DNA of 64,000 bases from Desulfobacterales bacterium (GTDB lineage: Bacteria > Desulfobacterota > Desulfobacteria > Desulfobacterales > UBA5852): NCBI GenBank assembly GCA_963674755.2, contig CAXXVS010000001.1, positions 1,056,001 through 1,120,000 of the forward strand, in the 5' to 3' direction. Below are positions 30,906 to 40,350 of this stretch, in pieces; the stretch's first letter is position 1; each line of letters opens with the position of its first letter. Both the position numbers and the translations under genes were made by a program. The notes under the pieces are model-generated. The model was not told the origin of the DNA and did not search any database. It worked only from the letters and a program-made list of their open reading frames with translations.

Positions 30906-32048
30906 TCAGGATACGGCCCCCAGCCCCAAGGCCTCCGCGTTGACGATGCTCGGCGCTGCCCGGGGCGGGTCATCCTCCAGGAAAGGCTGGATATCAGAGC
31001 CCTTCCAGACCGGATAGCCCATCAGGAGGCCGGCCACGTTGGCGGCCGCCAGGGTGGCCATACCCCGGCGGGTCCATCCGGTGGCCGAGGCGATGTGGGG
31101 GACCATGACCACATTGTCCAGCTCACCCAATCCTTCGGCCAGTTCCGGTTCGTTCTCAAAGACGTCCAGGCCGGCCCGGAATTCGGGGTGGGCGCGGCAG
31201 TGGGCCACCAGGTCGTCTTCCTTGACCACCGGCCCCCGGCTGGTGTTGACCAGGATGGCATTGGGTTTCATCAGGGCCAGACGCCGGGCGTCGATCAGGT
31301 GGCGGGTGGTCTCATCCAGCACGGTGTGGATGCTGACGCAATCCGCCTGTTGCAGGAGGGCTTCGAGGGTGTCGACCCGGCGGCAGGCGACGGCCGATTC
31401 ACCCCGGGTGGCCCGGAACCGGCCGAAGGCATCGATATCCTCCTCCAGGTCCTTGTTCGCGCTGCGGCTGTAGTAGAGGACGTCCATCCCGTAGGCCCGG
31501 GCCATCATGCGGGCATAGGCGGCCCCGATACGGCCGGCGCCGATGAGGCCCAGGGTTTTGCCCTTCAGCAGCTCCCCCAGGAACAAGGTCGGCAGCCAGC
31601 CCCGGTAAAGTCCGGCCCTGAGGAAACGTTCGGCTTCCCCCAAGCGGCGGGCGGCGGCCAGGGTCAGGGCCACCGCCATCTCGGCCGTGGTGTCGGTGAG
31701 CACCCCGGGGGTGTTGCCCACCGGTATGCCGCAGCGGGTGGCGGCCGCCAGGTCCACGTTGTTGTAGCCCACCGCGTAATTGCTGTAGACGATGCCGCCG
31801 GCGGCCTGCAGCGCGCGGAAGAGATCTTCGCCCCAGGCCTCGGTCAGCTGGCCGATGGCCCCCTGACAATGGTCGCCAATGGCGGCCGCGATCACTTCGG
31901 TGGGCAATACTTCGGGCGAGGTGCCGATCTCGACCCGACAGTCGGCGGCGGTGAGAACGTCGAGCCAGCGCCGGCCGGGCAGTTCCTTGGTCACGATCAC
32001 CCGCCGCCGGCCAGCGGGGTTGTGAACACGCCATTGCTTTGAGGTCAT
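30906..32048 (-). CDS. D-glycerate dehydrogenase / hydroxypyruvate reductase (plant HPR1-like)
   Basis: AVGYNNVD, VGNTPGVLT, GAGRIG, SRGPV, LDVFENEP and PHIASA motifs; AAGGAG RBS before the ATG at 32048. Confidence 0.9.
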   Translation of the reverse strand: MTSKQWRVHNPAGRRRVIVTKELPGRRWLDVLTAADCRVEIGTSPEVLPTEVIAAAIGDHCQGAIGQLTEAWGEDLFRALQAAGGIVYSNYAVGYNNVDLAAATRCGIPVGNTPGVLTDTTAEMAVALTLAAARRLGEAERFLRAGLYRGWLPTLFLGELLKGKTLGLIGAGRIGAAYARMMARAYGMDVLYYSRSANKDLEEDIDAFGRFRATRGESAVACRRVDTLEALLQQADCVSIHTVLDETTRHLIDARRLALMKPNAILVNTSRGPVVKEDDLVAHCRAHPEFRAGLDVFENEPELAEGLGELDNVVMVPHIASATGWTRRGMATLAAANVAGLLMGYPVWKGSDIQPFLEDDPPRAAPSIVNAEALGLGAVS

Positions 32049-32227
32049 GCGGGGCTCCTTAACGCTTGCCATACCATGATTTAGTCTGTGGGGAGGTAGG
32101 CGTCTTGCTGATCCGTCATCCAATAGCCGGGGCGCTGGCGGCCGTCAATCAAATCTTGATCAATAGGGTCCCAGGTATTATATGCCCTTTTTTAACCTCG
32201 TGATGGCATTTTTCGGAAGGATGCGCC

Positions 32228-32473
32228 TTGGCCTACGAACTCCTCTATGGCTACTGCCACTGTTTTGGAAAAACAACCTACCGCAAGGGGGTCGTCGCTT
32301 CGGAGAAGGAAGCGCGTCGCTGGGTGGCGGCGTCCCGCGAAGATTTGCGCCGGCCCGTGCCCCCCGGCAGCGACCCGGTCTGGACCTGTCCGGTGGCTGG
32401 CTGTCCGGGGCATGTTCAGCGGCCCTGGTTCGCCTATCGCCTCGCGCCCGGCGGTGAGGATGCCCAACCATGA
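32228..32473 (+). CDS. small Cys/His-containing hypothetical protein
   Basis: TTG start 6 nt after GGAAGGA; stop overlaps the next start as ATGA; CHC and CPxxxCxxH motifs. Confidence 0.5.
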   Translation: MAYELLYGYCHCFGKTTYRKGVVASEKEARRWVAASREDLRRPVPPGSDPVWTCPVAGCPGHVQRPWFAYRLAPGGEDAQP

Positions 32474-32790
32474 AACGCTTTTGGCCGGTCATGGGCGGGG
32501 CGCTTCTGGCGGTGGTGCATTTCGCGGCCAGCCTGGCCATCGTACCGCTCACCCTCAAGATCGGGGCAACCCTGCCGGAGGGGCCGGCCAATTCGCTTTT
32601 CTACAATGTGCTGGCCGGGGTGACCAAGGTGCTCTACTTCCCGATTATATCCCTGGCCCTCTATCCGCGCCACTGGTTTCCGGGGGACATGATCACCATC
32701 CCCATCGCCTGCAACAGCCTGCTGTGGGGCATCGGGTTGATGGCCGCCATCGGGCTGGCACGGCGCATGCGACGGCGGGGCGGACATTAA
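32470..32790 (+). CDS. small membrane hypothetical protein
   Basis: Two to three hydrophobic helices; GAGG RBS; codon usage like its neighbours. Confidence 0.65.
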   Translation: MKRFWPVMGGALLAVVHFAASLAIVPLTLKIGATLPEGPANSLFYNVLAGVTKVLYFPIISLALYPRHWFPGDMITIPIACNSLLWGIGLMAAIGLARRMRRRGGH

Positions 32791-32871
32791 CGGCCACGGC
32801 CCGGGGGTTATTCCCGCCGGGGCGCCGGAGCCGCCCAGCGATTCTATTCATAAAGGAGCTAAGAGAATCCT

Positions 32872-33222
32872 ATGCTGCACCACATCGTCCTGATGAAGTT
32901 CAAACCCGATATCAGTGAGGACCAGATCCACCACCTGGCGCAAATGCTCGACGCCCTGCCCGACAAGATCATCGAAATCCAGACCTACGAATTCGGCCGG
33001 GATATCGTCCACTCGGAGCGCTCCTACGACTTCGCCCTGGTGTCGGGGTTTGCCAACTTGGGAGCCATGCAGCGCTACCAGACCCATCCCGAGCACCAGA
33101 AGGTGGTGGCCCACATCCGCGACATCTGCGACGACATTCGGGCCGTGGACTTTACCACGGAATACGCAGCCCCCGATGGGCTGGCGGACCCTGATCCGTT
33201 TAAGGGCTTTAAAATGCCCTGA
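32872..33222 (+). CDS. Dabb (stress-responsive A/B barrel) protein
   Basis: M.HHIVL.KFK and YD.AL...F.......YQ.HPEH motifs; AAGGAG RBS. Confidence 0.88.
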   Translation: MLHHIVLMKFKPDISEDQIHHLAQMLDALPDKIIEIQTYEFGRDIVHSERSYDFALVSGFANLGAMQRYQTHPEHQKVVAHIRDICDDIRAVDFTTEYAAPDGLADPDPFKGFKMP

Positions 33223-33290
33223 ACAGCAGGATGGCGGTGGAACCCTATCCGATAGCACGTTCCCCCTGGGATGAGAGGAGAATGAAAGCC

Positions 33291-34190
33291 ATGCGTCAGC
33301 TCGTAGCCGCCGCCGTGCAGATGCGCTGCACGGCCGATCCGGAAGCCAACATCGCCAAGGCCGAGCGCTTCGTCCGCGAGGCTGCTGCCCAGGGCGCCCG
33401 TCTGATCCTTCTTCAGGAACTTTTCGAAACCCTCTATTTCTGCCAGCGCGAAAAGCCGGACTTCTATGACCTGGCCGCTCCCTTGGAAGAGAACCGGGCG
33501 GTGCGCCGCTTTGCCGCTCTGGCCCGGGAACTCGGTGTCGTCCTGCCCGTCAGCTTTTACGAGCGCAAGCATCAGGCCCATTACAACGCCGTGGCCGTAG
33601 TCGACGCCGACGGCAGCATCCTGGGGGTCTACCGCAAGACCCATATTCCGGACGGCCCGGGTTATGAAGAGAAATATTACTTCAATCCCGGCGACACCGG
33701 TTTCAAGGTGTGGGACACCCGGGCCGGCCGGATCGGGGTGGGCATCTGCTGGGACCAGTGGTTCCCGGAAACCGCCCGCAGCCTGGCCCTGATGGGGGCG
33801 GAAGTCCTGCTCTTTCCCACCGCCATCGGTTCCGAACCCCAGGATCCGGACTACGACAGCCGGGACCACTGGCAGCTGTGCATGCGGGGGCATGCCGCCG
33901 CCAACATGATGCCGGTGATTGCCGCCAACCGGGTCGGCACCGAACACATCGATGACGCCCGGCAAACCTTCTACGGGTCCTCTTTCATTACGGACCACAC
34001 GGGTCGGCTCCTGGCGGAAATGGACCGCACCGAGGAAGGCATTATCCAGGCTTCCCTGGACCTGGATGCCATGCGGCAGGCACGCCGCAGTTGGGGCGTT
34101 TTCCGCGACCGGCGCCCGAGTCTTTACGGGACCCTGTTGACGAGCGACGGCGTGATGCGGCGTGAAGCAGGCGGGCCCCACGGGCGGTGA
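33291..34190 (+). CDS. aguB: N-carbamoylputrescine amidase (carbon-nitrogen hydrolase)
   Basis: LQELF...YFCQ, YRK.HIPDGPGY.EK.YF.PGD and ICWDQWFPE...PTAIGSEP motifs. Confidence 0.9.
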   Translation: MRQLVAAAVQMRCTADPEANIAKAERFVREAAAQGARLILLQELFETLYFCQREKPDFYDLAAPLEENRAVRRFAALARELGVVLPVSFYERKHQAHYNAVAVVDADGSILGVYRKTHIPDGPGYEEKYYFNPGDTGFKVWDTRAGRIGVGICWDQWFPETARSLALMGAEVLLFPTAIGSEPQDPDYDSRDHWQLCMRGHAAANMMPVIAANRVGTEHIDDARQTFYGSSFITDHTGRLLAEMDRTEEGIIQASLDLDAMRQARRSWGVFRDRRPSLYGTLLTSDGVMRREAGGPHGR

Positions 34191-34517
34191 TTTCCGACGG
34201 CCGGATGCCCCCCATCAGGCCTCGCAGCCCGGCCGGCGGTTTCCGAAGCCCATCGCCGCCGCGTAAGGTGCGGCATGGCAGCGCTCCGATCATGGACACG
34301 GCACAGACATCCCACGATATAGAGACGACGCGGCCCCTGATAAGCCGGGGGTTCCTTGATGCGCGATGCTTGAGCCTCCGGGAAGAGGTGTGCTATGGTT
34401 AAAGTGCATCGATTTCAGCGGCATGGGCGTCTGGCCGGGTCGCGGCGGTTTCGCGGCATCCGGGCAGGCGGTTCCGTATTTCAACAGCAACCTGACAGCT
34501 GCAAAGGGACCCTCGTG

Positions 34518-36581
34518 ATGCCCTTCAACCATACGGCTTCCATTATTCGGATCACTGTCATTTTGACCTGCTTATGGCTGGCGGCTTGTGCGCCGCGCGG
34601 CATCAGCCCGCCGCCACCGGCTGCCGCGACGGATTCGGCCTTGCAGTTACAGGCGGAAGAGGCGTTTCAAAAAGGCCAATTGCACACCGCCCTGGACTAC
34701 TACCAGACCTTGGTCCAGAATTTTCCGGACAGCCCCCTGGTCCCCCTGGCCTTCCTGAAGATCGGCCGCATCCAGACCGCCCTGGCCGACGATCCCGCCG
34801 CCCTGGAGAGCTATCAGCAATTGATAAGCCGTTTCCCGGAGACGCCGGAGGCCATGGACGCCCGGATCGAGATGCTGGGGGCCCTGCAGCGGTTGGGCCG
34901 CAACCAGGAGATCATCGACACGGCCCCGGCCTTTGCCGATCAGGTGCAGGGTGATATCCAACAGTTTCGTCTCTACAGTATTCTGGGGGATGCGTATGGG
35001 GCCCTGTCCATGTGGGACCAGGCCGTCTTTTTCTATGACCTGGCCCTGTCGCTGGCGCCGCCCCTGCATCAGTCCGCCCTCAAGGAGAAGATTGCGGCGG
35101 CCGTGCCCCGGCTGCCGGAGGACCAGATCGACCTTCTGCTGGGCCAGGTGCAAACCGATGCGGTCGCGGGGTATCTTACGTTTCAACAGGCGGTCAACAT
35201 GGCCGGTCAATCCCATTACGACGACGCGGTCTGGCACCTGGAGACCTTTCTGGCCCGTTTTCCGACCCATGAAGACGCGCCCCACGCCCGGGAGCTGATC
35301 GCCCAACTGAAGGACAAGGTCGATTTCGATCGTTCGGCCCTGGGGTGCCTGCTGCCCCTCAGCGGACCCTATAAACTTTTCGGCGCCCGGGCCCTGGACG
35401 GCATTCAACTGGCGTTCAGCGAGGTGAACGCGGCCCACGAGGGAAGACCCCTGAAACTGGTGGTCAAGGATACGGGCTCCGATCCCAATCAGGCCGCCCG
35501 GGCCATGCAAGCCCTGGCCGATGCCAAGGTGGCGGCCGTGGTGGGCCCTATTGCCACGGCCGAGTCGGCCGCCGAGGTGGCCCAGATGAACCGCATTCCC
35601 ATCATGACCATTTCCCAGCGGGAAGGCGTGACCGATATCGGTGACAATGTTTTTCGCAATTTCATCACCCCCCGCATGCAGGCCGCCGCCCTGGCGTCCT
35701 ATGTGATGGACACCCTCGGTATGCACCGTTTGGCAATCCTCTATCCCAACGAGAATTACGGACGCACCTTCCGGGATGCCTTCTGGGATGAGGTCTACCA
35801 GCGGAAGGGCGAGATCGTGGCATTGGAAGCCTACGACCCCCAGAAGACGGATTTCGAGGCGGCCATCAAGAAGCTCGCGGGGCGCTACTATGAAACGCCG
35901 GCCGATCTGGCTTCCCTGCGGGAACCCCTGGATCTGTTAGGACCTTTGACGGCGCTGCCGGGCTACACCCCACCGGCCGAGGAGGCGGATCAGGAGAAGG
36001 CTCCGGGCAAGCGGTCCTCCCGGAAGGGGGACGATACACCACCGCCCATCGTGGACTTCGAAGCCCTGCTAGTGCCGGATTCCCCCAAAATGCTGGGGTT
36101 GGTGATCCCCCAGCTGGCCTACTATGACATCGTCAACGTCACTCTGCTGGGCACCAATCTGTGGTATGCGGACAAAGTGCTCAAAGAGACCGGTGAATAC
36201 GCCCAGGGAGCGGTATTGCCCATCGATTTTTTCCCGGACAGCCAATCCCCCCGGGTTCAACGGTTCAAAGCCGCCTTCGAAGCCGTCTATGGCCGCTCGC
36301 CGGGCTTTATCGAGGCCATCGCCTATGATAGCGCCATGATGATGCTGGACATCCTGCGCAACCCCGATGTGCGGTTGCGCGCCGCCATACGGCACGTCCT
36401 GCAGGAAGGGTGGAGCAGGGAAGGGGTGACCGGACGCATCGCTTTCGATGCCCATGGGGAACCCGTTAAGAATTTGGTGCTGTTGCAGATCCGCGGCAAT
36501 GCTTTCGTGGAAATCGATCCGTCCCAACCGCCTCCGGTGAAGAGCGAACCGGCGGGCGTACCGCCCACGCCGCCCCTCTGA
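34518..36581 (+). CDS. TPR lipoprotein with periplasmic-binding-protein-I fold (LpoA-like PBP activator)
   Basis: Lipobox LAAC; BamD-like TPRs; LLPLSG, VVGP, AYDSA and GVTGRI.FD..G motifs. Confidence 0.8.
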   Translation: MPFNHTASIIRITVILTCLWLAACAPRGISPPPPAAATDSALQLQAEEAFQKGQLHTALDYYQTLVQNFPDSPLVPLAFLKIGRIQTALADDPAALESYQQLISRFPETPEAMDARIEMLGALQRLGRNQEIIDTAPAFADQVQGDIQQFRLYSILGDAYGALSMWDQAVFFYDLALSLAPPLHQSALKEKIAAAVPRLPEDQIDLLLGQVQTDAVAGYLTFQQAVNMAGQSHYDDAVWHLETFLARFPTHEDAPHARELIAQLKDKVDFDRSALGCLLPLSGPYKLFGARALDGIQLAFSEVNAAHEGRPLKLVVKDTGSDPNQAARAMQALADAKVAAVVGPIATAESAAEVAQMNRIPIMTISQREGVTDIGDNVFRNFITPRMQAAALASYVMDTLGMHRLAILYPNENYGRTFRDAFWDEVYQRKGEIVALEAYDPQKTDFEAAIKKLAGRYYETPADLASLREPLDLLGPLTALPGYTPPAEEADQEKAPGKRSSRKGDDTPPPIVDFEALLVPDSPKMLGLVIPQLAYYDIVNVTLLGTNLWYADKVLKETGEYAQGAVLPIDFFPDSQSPRVQRFKAAFEAVYGRSPGFIEAIAYDSAMMMLDILRNPDVRLRAAIRHVLQEGWSREGVTGRIAFDAHGEPVKNLVLLQIRGNAFVEIDPSQPPPVKSEPAGVPPTPPL

Positions 36582-36592
36582 CGTCTATTCGG

Positions 36593-36833
36593 TAGTGCCC
36601 ATCCAGAGATGGCATCTTTTGGCCCCTGGCCCGCCGCCGGTATACCATTTCACCTTTGGCGGACAAGCCGGCGTTCTCGCCTCCTGTCGGTCCTCGGCGT
36701 AGCCCGGGCTACGCCTGTGGGCGCCCGTCGGCAGCGGTTTGTTGAACAGCGATGTGTTAAAAGAATCAGACGTGAAATCCCGCGCTGTACGGCGGGACCA
36801 GGAACCAAAATCTACCATTTATGGATGGCACTA
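36593..36833. repeat. intergenic palindromic element, family A copy 2 (expanded)
   Basis: TAGTGCCCATCC...GGATGGCACTA ends; CGTAGC-ccgg-GCTACG core; extra internal segments; the right end forms the pfkA TAG stop. Confidence 0.8.
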
Positions 36834-38159
36834 GGTGGGATTTTTCAGGGAACCCTGGCCGGTGGCTTCCAGCACGGTGGACCAGAGTTTGCCCTTGGGA
36901 TCGACCTGTTTGCGCTGCACCGCCGAAACAGCCATGGGCACGTGGACAAAGTGGTTGTTCCAGTGGCCCACCAGCATGCGGGTTTTGCCGGCCATCCCGG
37001 CATGCACGGCATCGCGCCCCAGAAACCCGCAGAAGACACTGTCATTGGCATTGGCCTGCAGGCTGCGGATCATGTAGCTGGGATCGATGTATTTGAGATT
37101 GATTTCGATGCCCTTCTCCTGAAAATAAGCCTGAATCCGGGCTTTCAGAAAGAGCCCCACGTCGTGCAGCTTGACATTGCCGCTGGCATCCCGGGCGGTC
37201 TCCTCTTCGTGAAAGTAGCCCTGCAAAGCGCCTTCCGCCACCACGATCACGGCATGCCCCCGCTGCTTGAGACGCTCCTCGAGTTTGGTCAGCAGCCCGA
37301 AAGGCCCGTCCAGATCGATGGAAATTTCCGGAATCAGGACGAAATTGACATCCTGTTTAGCCAGGGTCGCCGTGGCGGCGATAAAGCCCGAATGGCGTCC
37401 CATGAGTTTGATCAGGCCGATCCCATTGGGATAGCCTGCGGCTTCGTTGTGGGCTCCGCGAATGGCCTGGGTGGCGACATCCACGGCGGTATCGAAGCCA
37501 AACGAGCGGGACACCATGTGGATGTCGTTGTCGATGGTTTTGGGGATGCCGATGACGCTGATTTTCAATCCGTTGGCGGCGATGGCGTCAGCGATGGCAC
37601 TGGCCGCTTTCAGGGTGCCGTCCCCGCCCACCATGAAGAGGATGCCGATGTTCATGCGGTCCAGGGTGTCCACGATGTCTTCGATGGGCTGGGGGCCCCG
37701 GGACGATCCCAGAATCGAGCCCCCCATGTCCTGGATATCCGCCACCATGTCGGGTGTCAGGTCGATCACATCGTGTCCGTAGCGGGGAATGAAACCCTGC
37801 AGGCCGTACTTGATGCCATAGATGTGACGCACGCCATAGCCGTAGTAAAGTTCCAGCACCACCGAGCGGAGGATGTCGTTCAGGCCGGGGCACAGGCCGC
37901 CGCAGGTCACGATGGCGCACCGCAGCTTGCTGGGATCGAAATAGATGCGGTGGCGGGGTCCGGCCATCTCAAACGATGGAACCGGCTGATTTTCCAGGCA
38001 CGAATTTTCCAGGTCGGGGGGGGTGACATCCACCAGCACCCGGTGGTGATCGTCAATGAAGTTGGTTTCCTCGTTGCCGTTTTTCCATCCCTGGATCGGG
38101 GTGGGGATCTTGGCGTCGCCAAGCACCGGAATGGTCGTGTCGATATGGCCGAAAAACAT
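36831..38159 (-). CDS. pfkA: ATP-dependent 6-phosphofructokinase (long/clade X type)
   Basis: TCGGLCPG.N, GGDGT, PKTIDND, KLMGR.SG and YIDPSY motifs. Confidence 0.92.
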   Translation of the reverse strand: MFFGHIDTTIPVLGDAKIPTPIQGWKNGNEETNFIDDHHRVLVDVTPPDLENSCLENQPVPSFEMAGPRHRIYFDPSKLRCAIVTCGGLCPGLNDILRSVVLELYYGYGVRHIYGIKYGLQGFIPRYGHDVIDLTPDMVADIQDMGGSILGSSRGPQPIEDIVDTLDRMNIGILFMVGGDGTLKAASAIADAIAANGLKISVIGIPKTIDNDIHMVSRSFGFDTAVDVATQAIRGAHNEAAGYPNGIGLIKLMGRHSGFIAATATLAKQDVNFVLIPEISIDLDGPFGLLTKLEERLKQRGHAVIVVAEGALQGYFHEEETARDASGNVKLHDVGLFLKARIQAYFQEKGIEINLKYIDPSYMIRSLQANANDSVFCGFLGRDAVHAGMAGKTRMLVGHWNNHFVHVPMAVSAVQRKQVDPKGKLWSTVLEATGQGSLKNPT

Positions 38160-38420
38160 GATGCCCTCGTTCGTATAGGGTATGGATGGTGTGGTGCCGG
38201 CCGGGTGCCCCGCGTTCGGGGATCATACTGCCGGGGCACCTTACAATCGATAAAAGTGCACCTCAATTCCGCATTGTCAATATGCGCGCCGGCAAGCTGG
38301 TCCGGCCCGCCCGCAACCCGCCGCGATCGTGCCGCTAGAGGGTCAGCCCTCAAATGGCTAAAGGTTCGGCGCCCGCAACCGATAAGCGTTTTTATCCGGG
38401 ATGAACTTCCAAAAAAGGGG

Positions 38421-38449
38421 TTGACAAGCCCCGGTGAATCATTTAGGTT
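38421..38449 (+). promoter_or_regulatory. sigma70-type promoter for the PxxKW gene
   Basis: TTGACA-17 bp-TAGGTT with an upstream A tract. Confidence 0.6.
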
Positions 38450-38538
38450 CCGGCGGCTTTAAAAGAGACTTGCATTAGGCCGGGTGCAGCATTGTCCCGG
38501 CCTTTCTGCATTAAAATTCCCCTAAGGAGGCGATACCC

Positions 38539-38817
38539 ATGCTTTGTACAACCGTTCGTAAAGATAAGGAATGCCCGTTCATGACCGCCAATGGTTGCTC
38601 TTACAACGGCGGCATCTGTCACGAAATCGTGGAAGCCTGTGACGGCTGCGGCCGTAAGGTTGAATTCGATGCCGGCTGGTTCTGCAGCGCCTGCCCCCAG
38701 CCTTCCACCAAATGGAAGGCCGGCCACTGCAATCTGGCCACCCATGTCAGCCGTGCGGCGGCCGACAACAAGCAGAAAATCAATCCTCTCAAAGCTTCCA
38801 AGCGCGCCCATCGCTAA
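38539..38817 (+). CDS. PxxKW family cysteine-rich small protein
   Basis: Nine Cys; PSTKW; C-terminal INPLKASKR; TAAGGAGG RBS. Confidence 0.85.
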   Translation: MLCTTVRKDKECPFMTANGCSYNGGICHEIVEACDGCGRKVEFDAGWFCSACPQPSTKWKAGHCNLATHVSRAAADNKQKINPLKASKRAHR

Positions 38818-38837
38818 AGGGCACGGTGCCTTGTCTT

Positions 38838-38871
38838 AAACCCCCGTTTGTTCGCAAACGGGGGTTTTTTT
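38838..38871 (+). terminator. intrinsic terminator, possibly bidirectional
   Basis: AAACCCCCGTTTG-TTCG-CAAACGGGGGTTT followed by a T run, between convergent genes. Confidence 0.9.
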
Positions 38872-40147
38872 ATGCCAGCTGCCGGTCGATGGCCACGATC
38901 TGGGTGCCGATGGCCAGCACTTCCACCGCTATGCGCACGTCGTCCACCGCGGCAAAGGTGGGGGCAATCCGGATATTGCTGTCACGCGGATCGTTCTTCA
39001 ATGGATAGGTGGCACCGGCCGGCGTCAGTTTGACCCCGGCCTCGGCCGCCATCCGAACGACCCGGCGTGCGCATCCCGCTGGCGTGTCGAAGCTCACGAA
39101 ATAGCCGCCTTCCGGTCGGGTCCAGGTCGCAATATCCTTTCCGTCGAGTTCGCGTGCGAGGACGTCCTGGACGGCCTGGAAGCGGGGGGCTACGATGGCG
39201 GCATGCTTTTCCATGTGGCGGTGGATGCCGGACAGATCGCCAAAGAAACGGACGTGCCGCAGCTGGTTGAGCTTGTCCGGGCCGATGGTCTGGAAAAACA
39301 TGTGGGCCCGCACCCAGTCCATGTTGGCCGTACTGCCGGCGATCATGGCCAGGCCGGCGCCGGGAAATGTGATTTTAGAGGTCGAGCCGAACAAAAAGGG
39401 CCGCTCCGGGTTGCCTGCCGCCTTGCACGCGGCGAGGATGTTGCGTACACGGGGCGGGCCGCCACCGAAATGGTGAACGGCGTAGGCGTTGTCCCAGAAA
39501 ATCCGGAAATCGGCGGCCCGGGTGGTCATCCGCGCCAGGCGCTCGACGGTCGCATCCGCATAAACCGCGCCCGTGGGATTGCTGTAGACGGGCACGCACC
39601 AGATGCCTTTGACCGCCTCATCTTCCGCCGCCAGGGATTCCACCGCATCCATGTCCGGGCCGTCCCCGGTCATGGGCACGGGGATCATTTCGATCCCCAG
39701 ATGTTCGCAGATCGCGAAATGCCGGTCGTAGCCGGGGCTGGGGCAGATGAATTTCAGTGCGGGCTGACGCCCCCAGGGGGGATGGCCATTGCCGACACCG
39801 TGCACCATGGCCCGCAGGAAGGTGTCGTACATGAGATTGAGACTGCTGTTGCCGCCGATAATGATTTCTTCCGGGGTGACCCCCATGTAGTCGGCAAACA
39901 GGCGGCGGGCTTCCGGCAGACCGTCTATGCCGCCGTAATTGCGGCAATCGGTGCCCCCTGCCGAACGAAAGCTGCTCTCATCGAGGTTGCTGAGCAGTCC
40001 GTTGGATAGATCCAGCTGCTCCGCGGAAGGCTTGCCGCGGGTAATGTCCAAAGACAGGCGCCGCTCGCAAATGGCGTCGTAGCGGTTTTGCAATGCATCG
40101 CGTAGGCGGTGCAATTCTTCCGGCGCGAGGGCGCTGAATTCGGTCAT
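38870..40147 (-). CDS. PLP-dependent class I/II aminotransferase (actinobacterial-type aspartate aminotransferase-like)
   Basis: LD.TRGKP..EQLDLS, NYGG, PGYDRHF, WDNAY, STSKITFPG and NIRIAPT motifs. Confidence 0.88.
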   Translation of the reverse strand: MTEFSALAPEELHRLRDALQNRYDAICERRLSLDITRGKPSAEQLDLSNGLLSNLDESSFRSAGGTDCRNYGGIDGLPEARRLFADYMGVTPEEIIIGGNSSLNLMYDTFLRAMVHGVGNGHPPWGRQPALKFICPSPGYDRHFAICEHLGIEMIPVPMTGDGPDMDAVESLAAEDEAVKGIWCVPVYSNPTGAVYADATVERLARMTTRAADFRIFWDNAYAVHHFGGGPPRVRNILAACKAAGNPERPFLFGSTSKITFPGAGLAMIAGSTANMDWVRAHMFFQTIGPDKLNQLRHVRFFGDLSGIHRHMEKHAAIVAPRFQAVQDVLARELDGKDIATWTRPEGGYFVSFDTPAGCARRVVRMAAEAGVKLTPAGATYPLKNDPRDSNIRIAPTFAAVDDVRIAVEVLAIGTQIVAIDRQLA

Positions 40148-40350
40148 GGCCGGTTCTCCTCTGCAATCAATAGTGTTTTGGTTCGGCGTCGAGCGGTTTT
40201 GCCTTATAGCACCGCTCCACAGGGTCATCAAGAGCGGTTCATAGACGGAGTGTCAATTTTCCTTGCAATTCAACGGGCGAGCGTTTAGACAAAATGTCAC
40301 ACGTTGACCCAACGGCCGGTTGCGGCCGCCGGACTACGAAAAGCAGGCGC

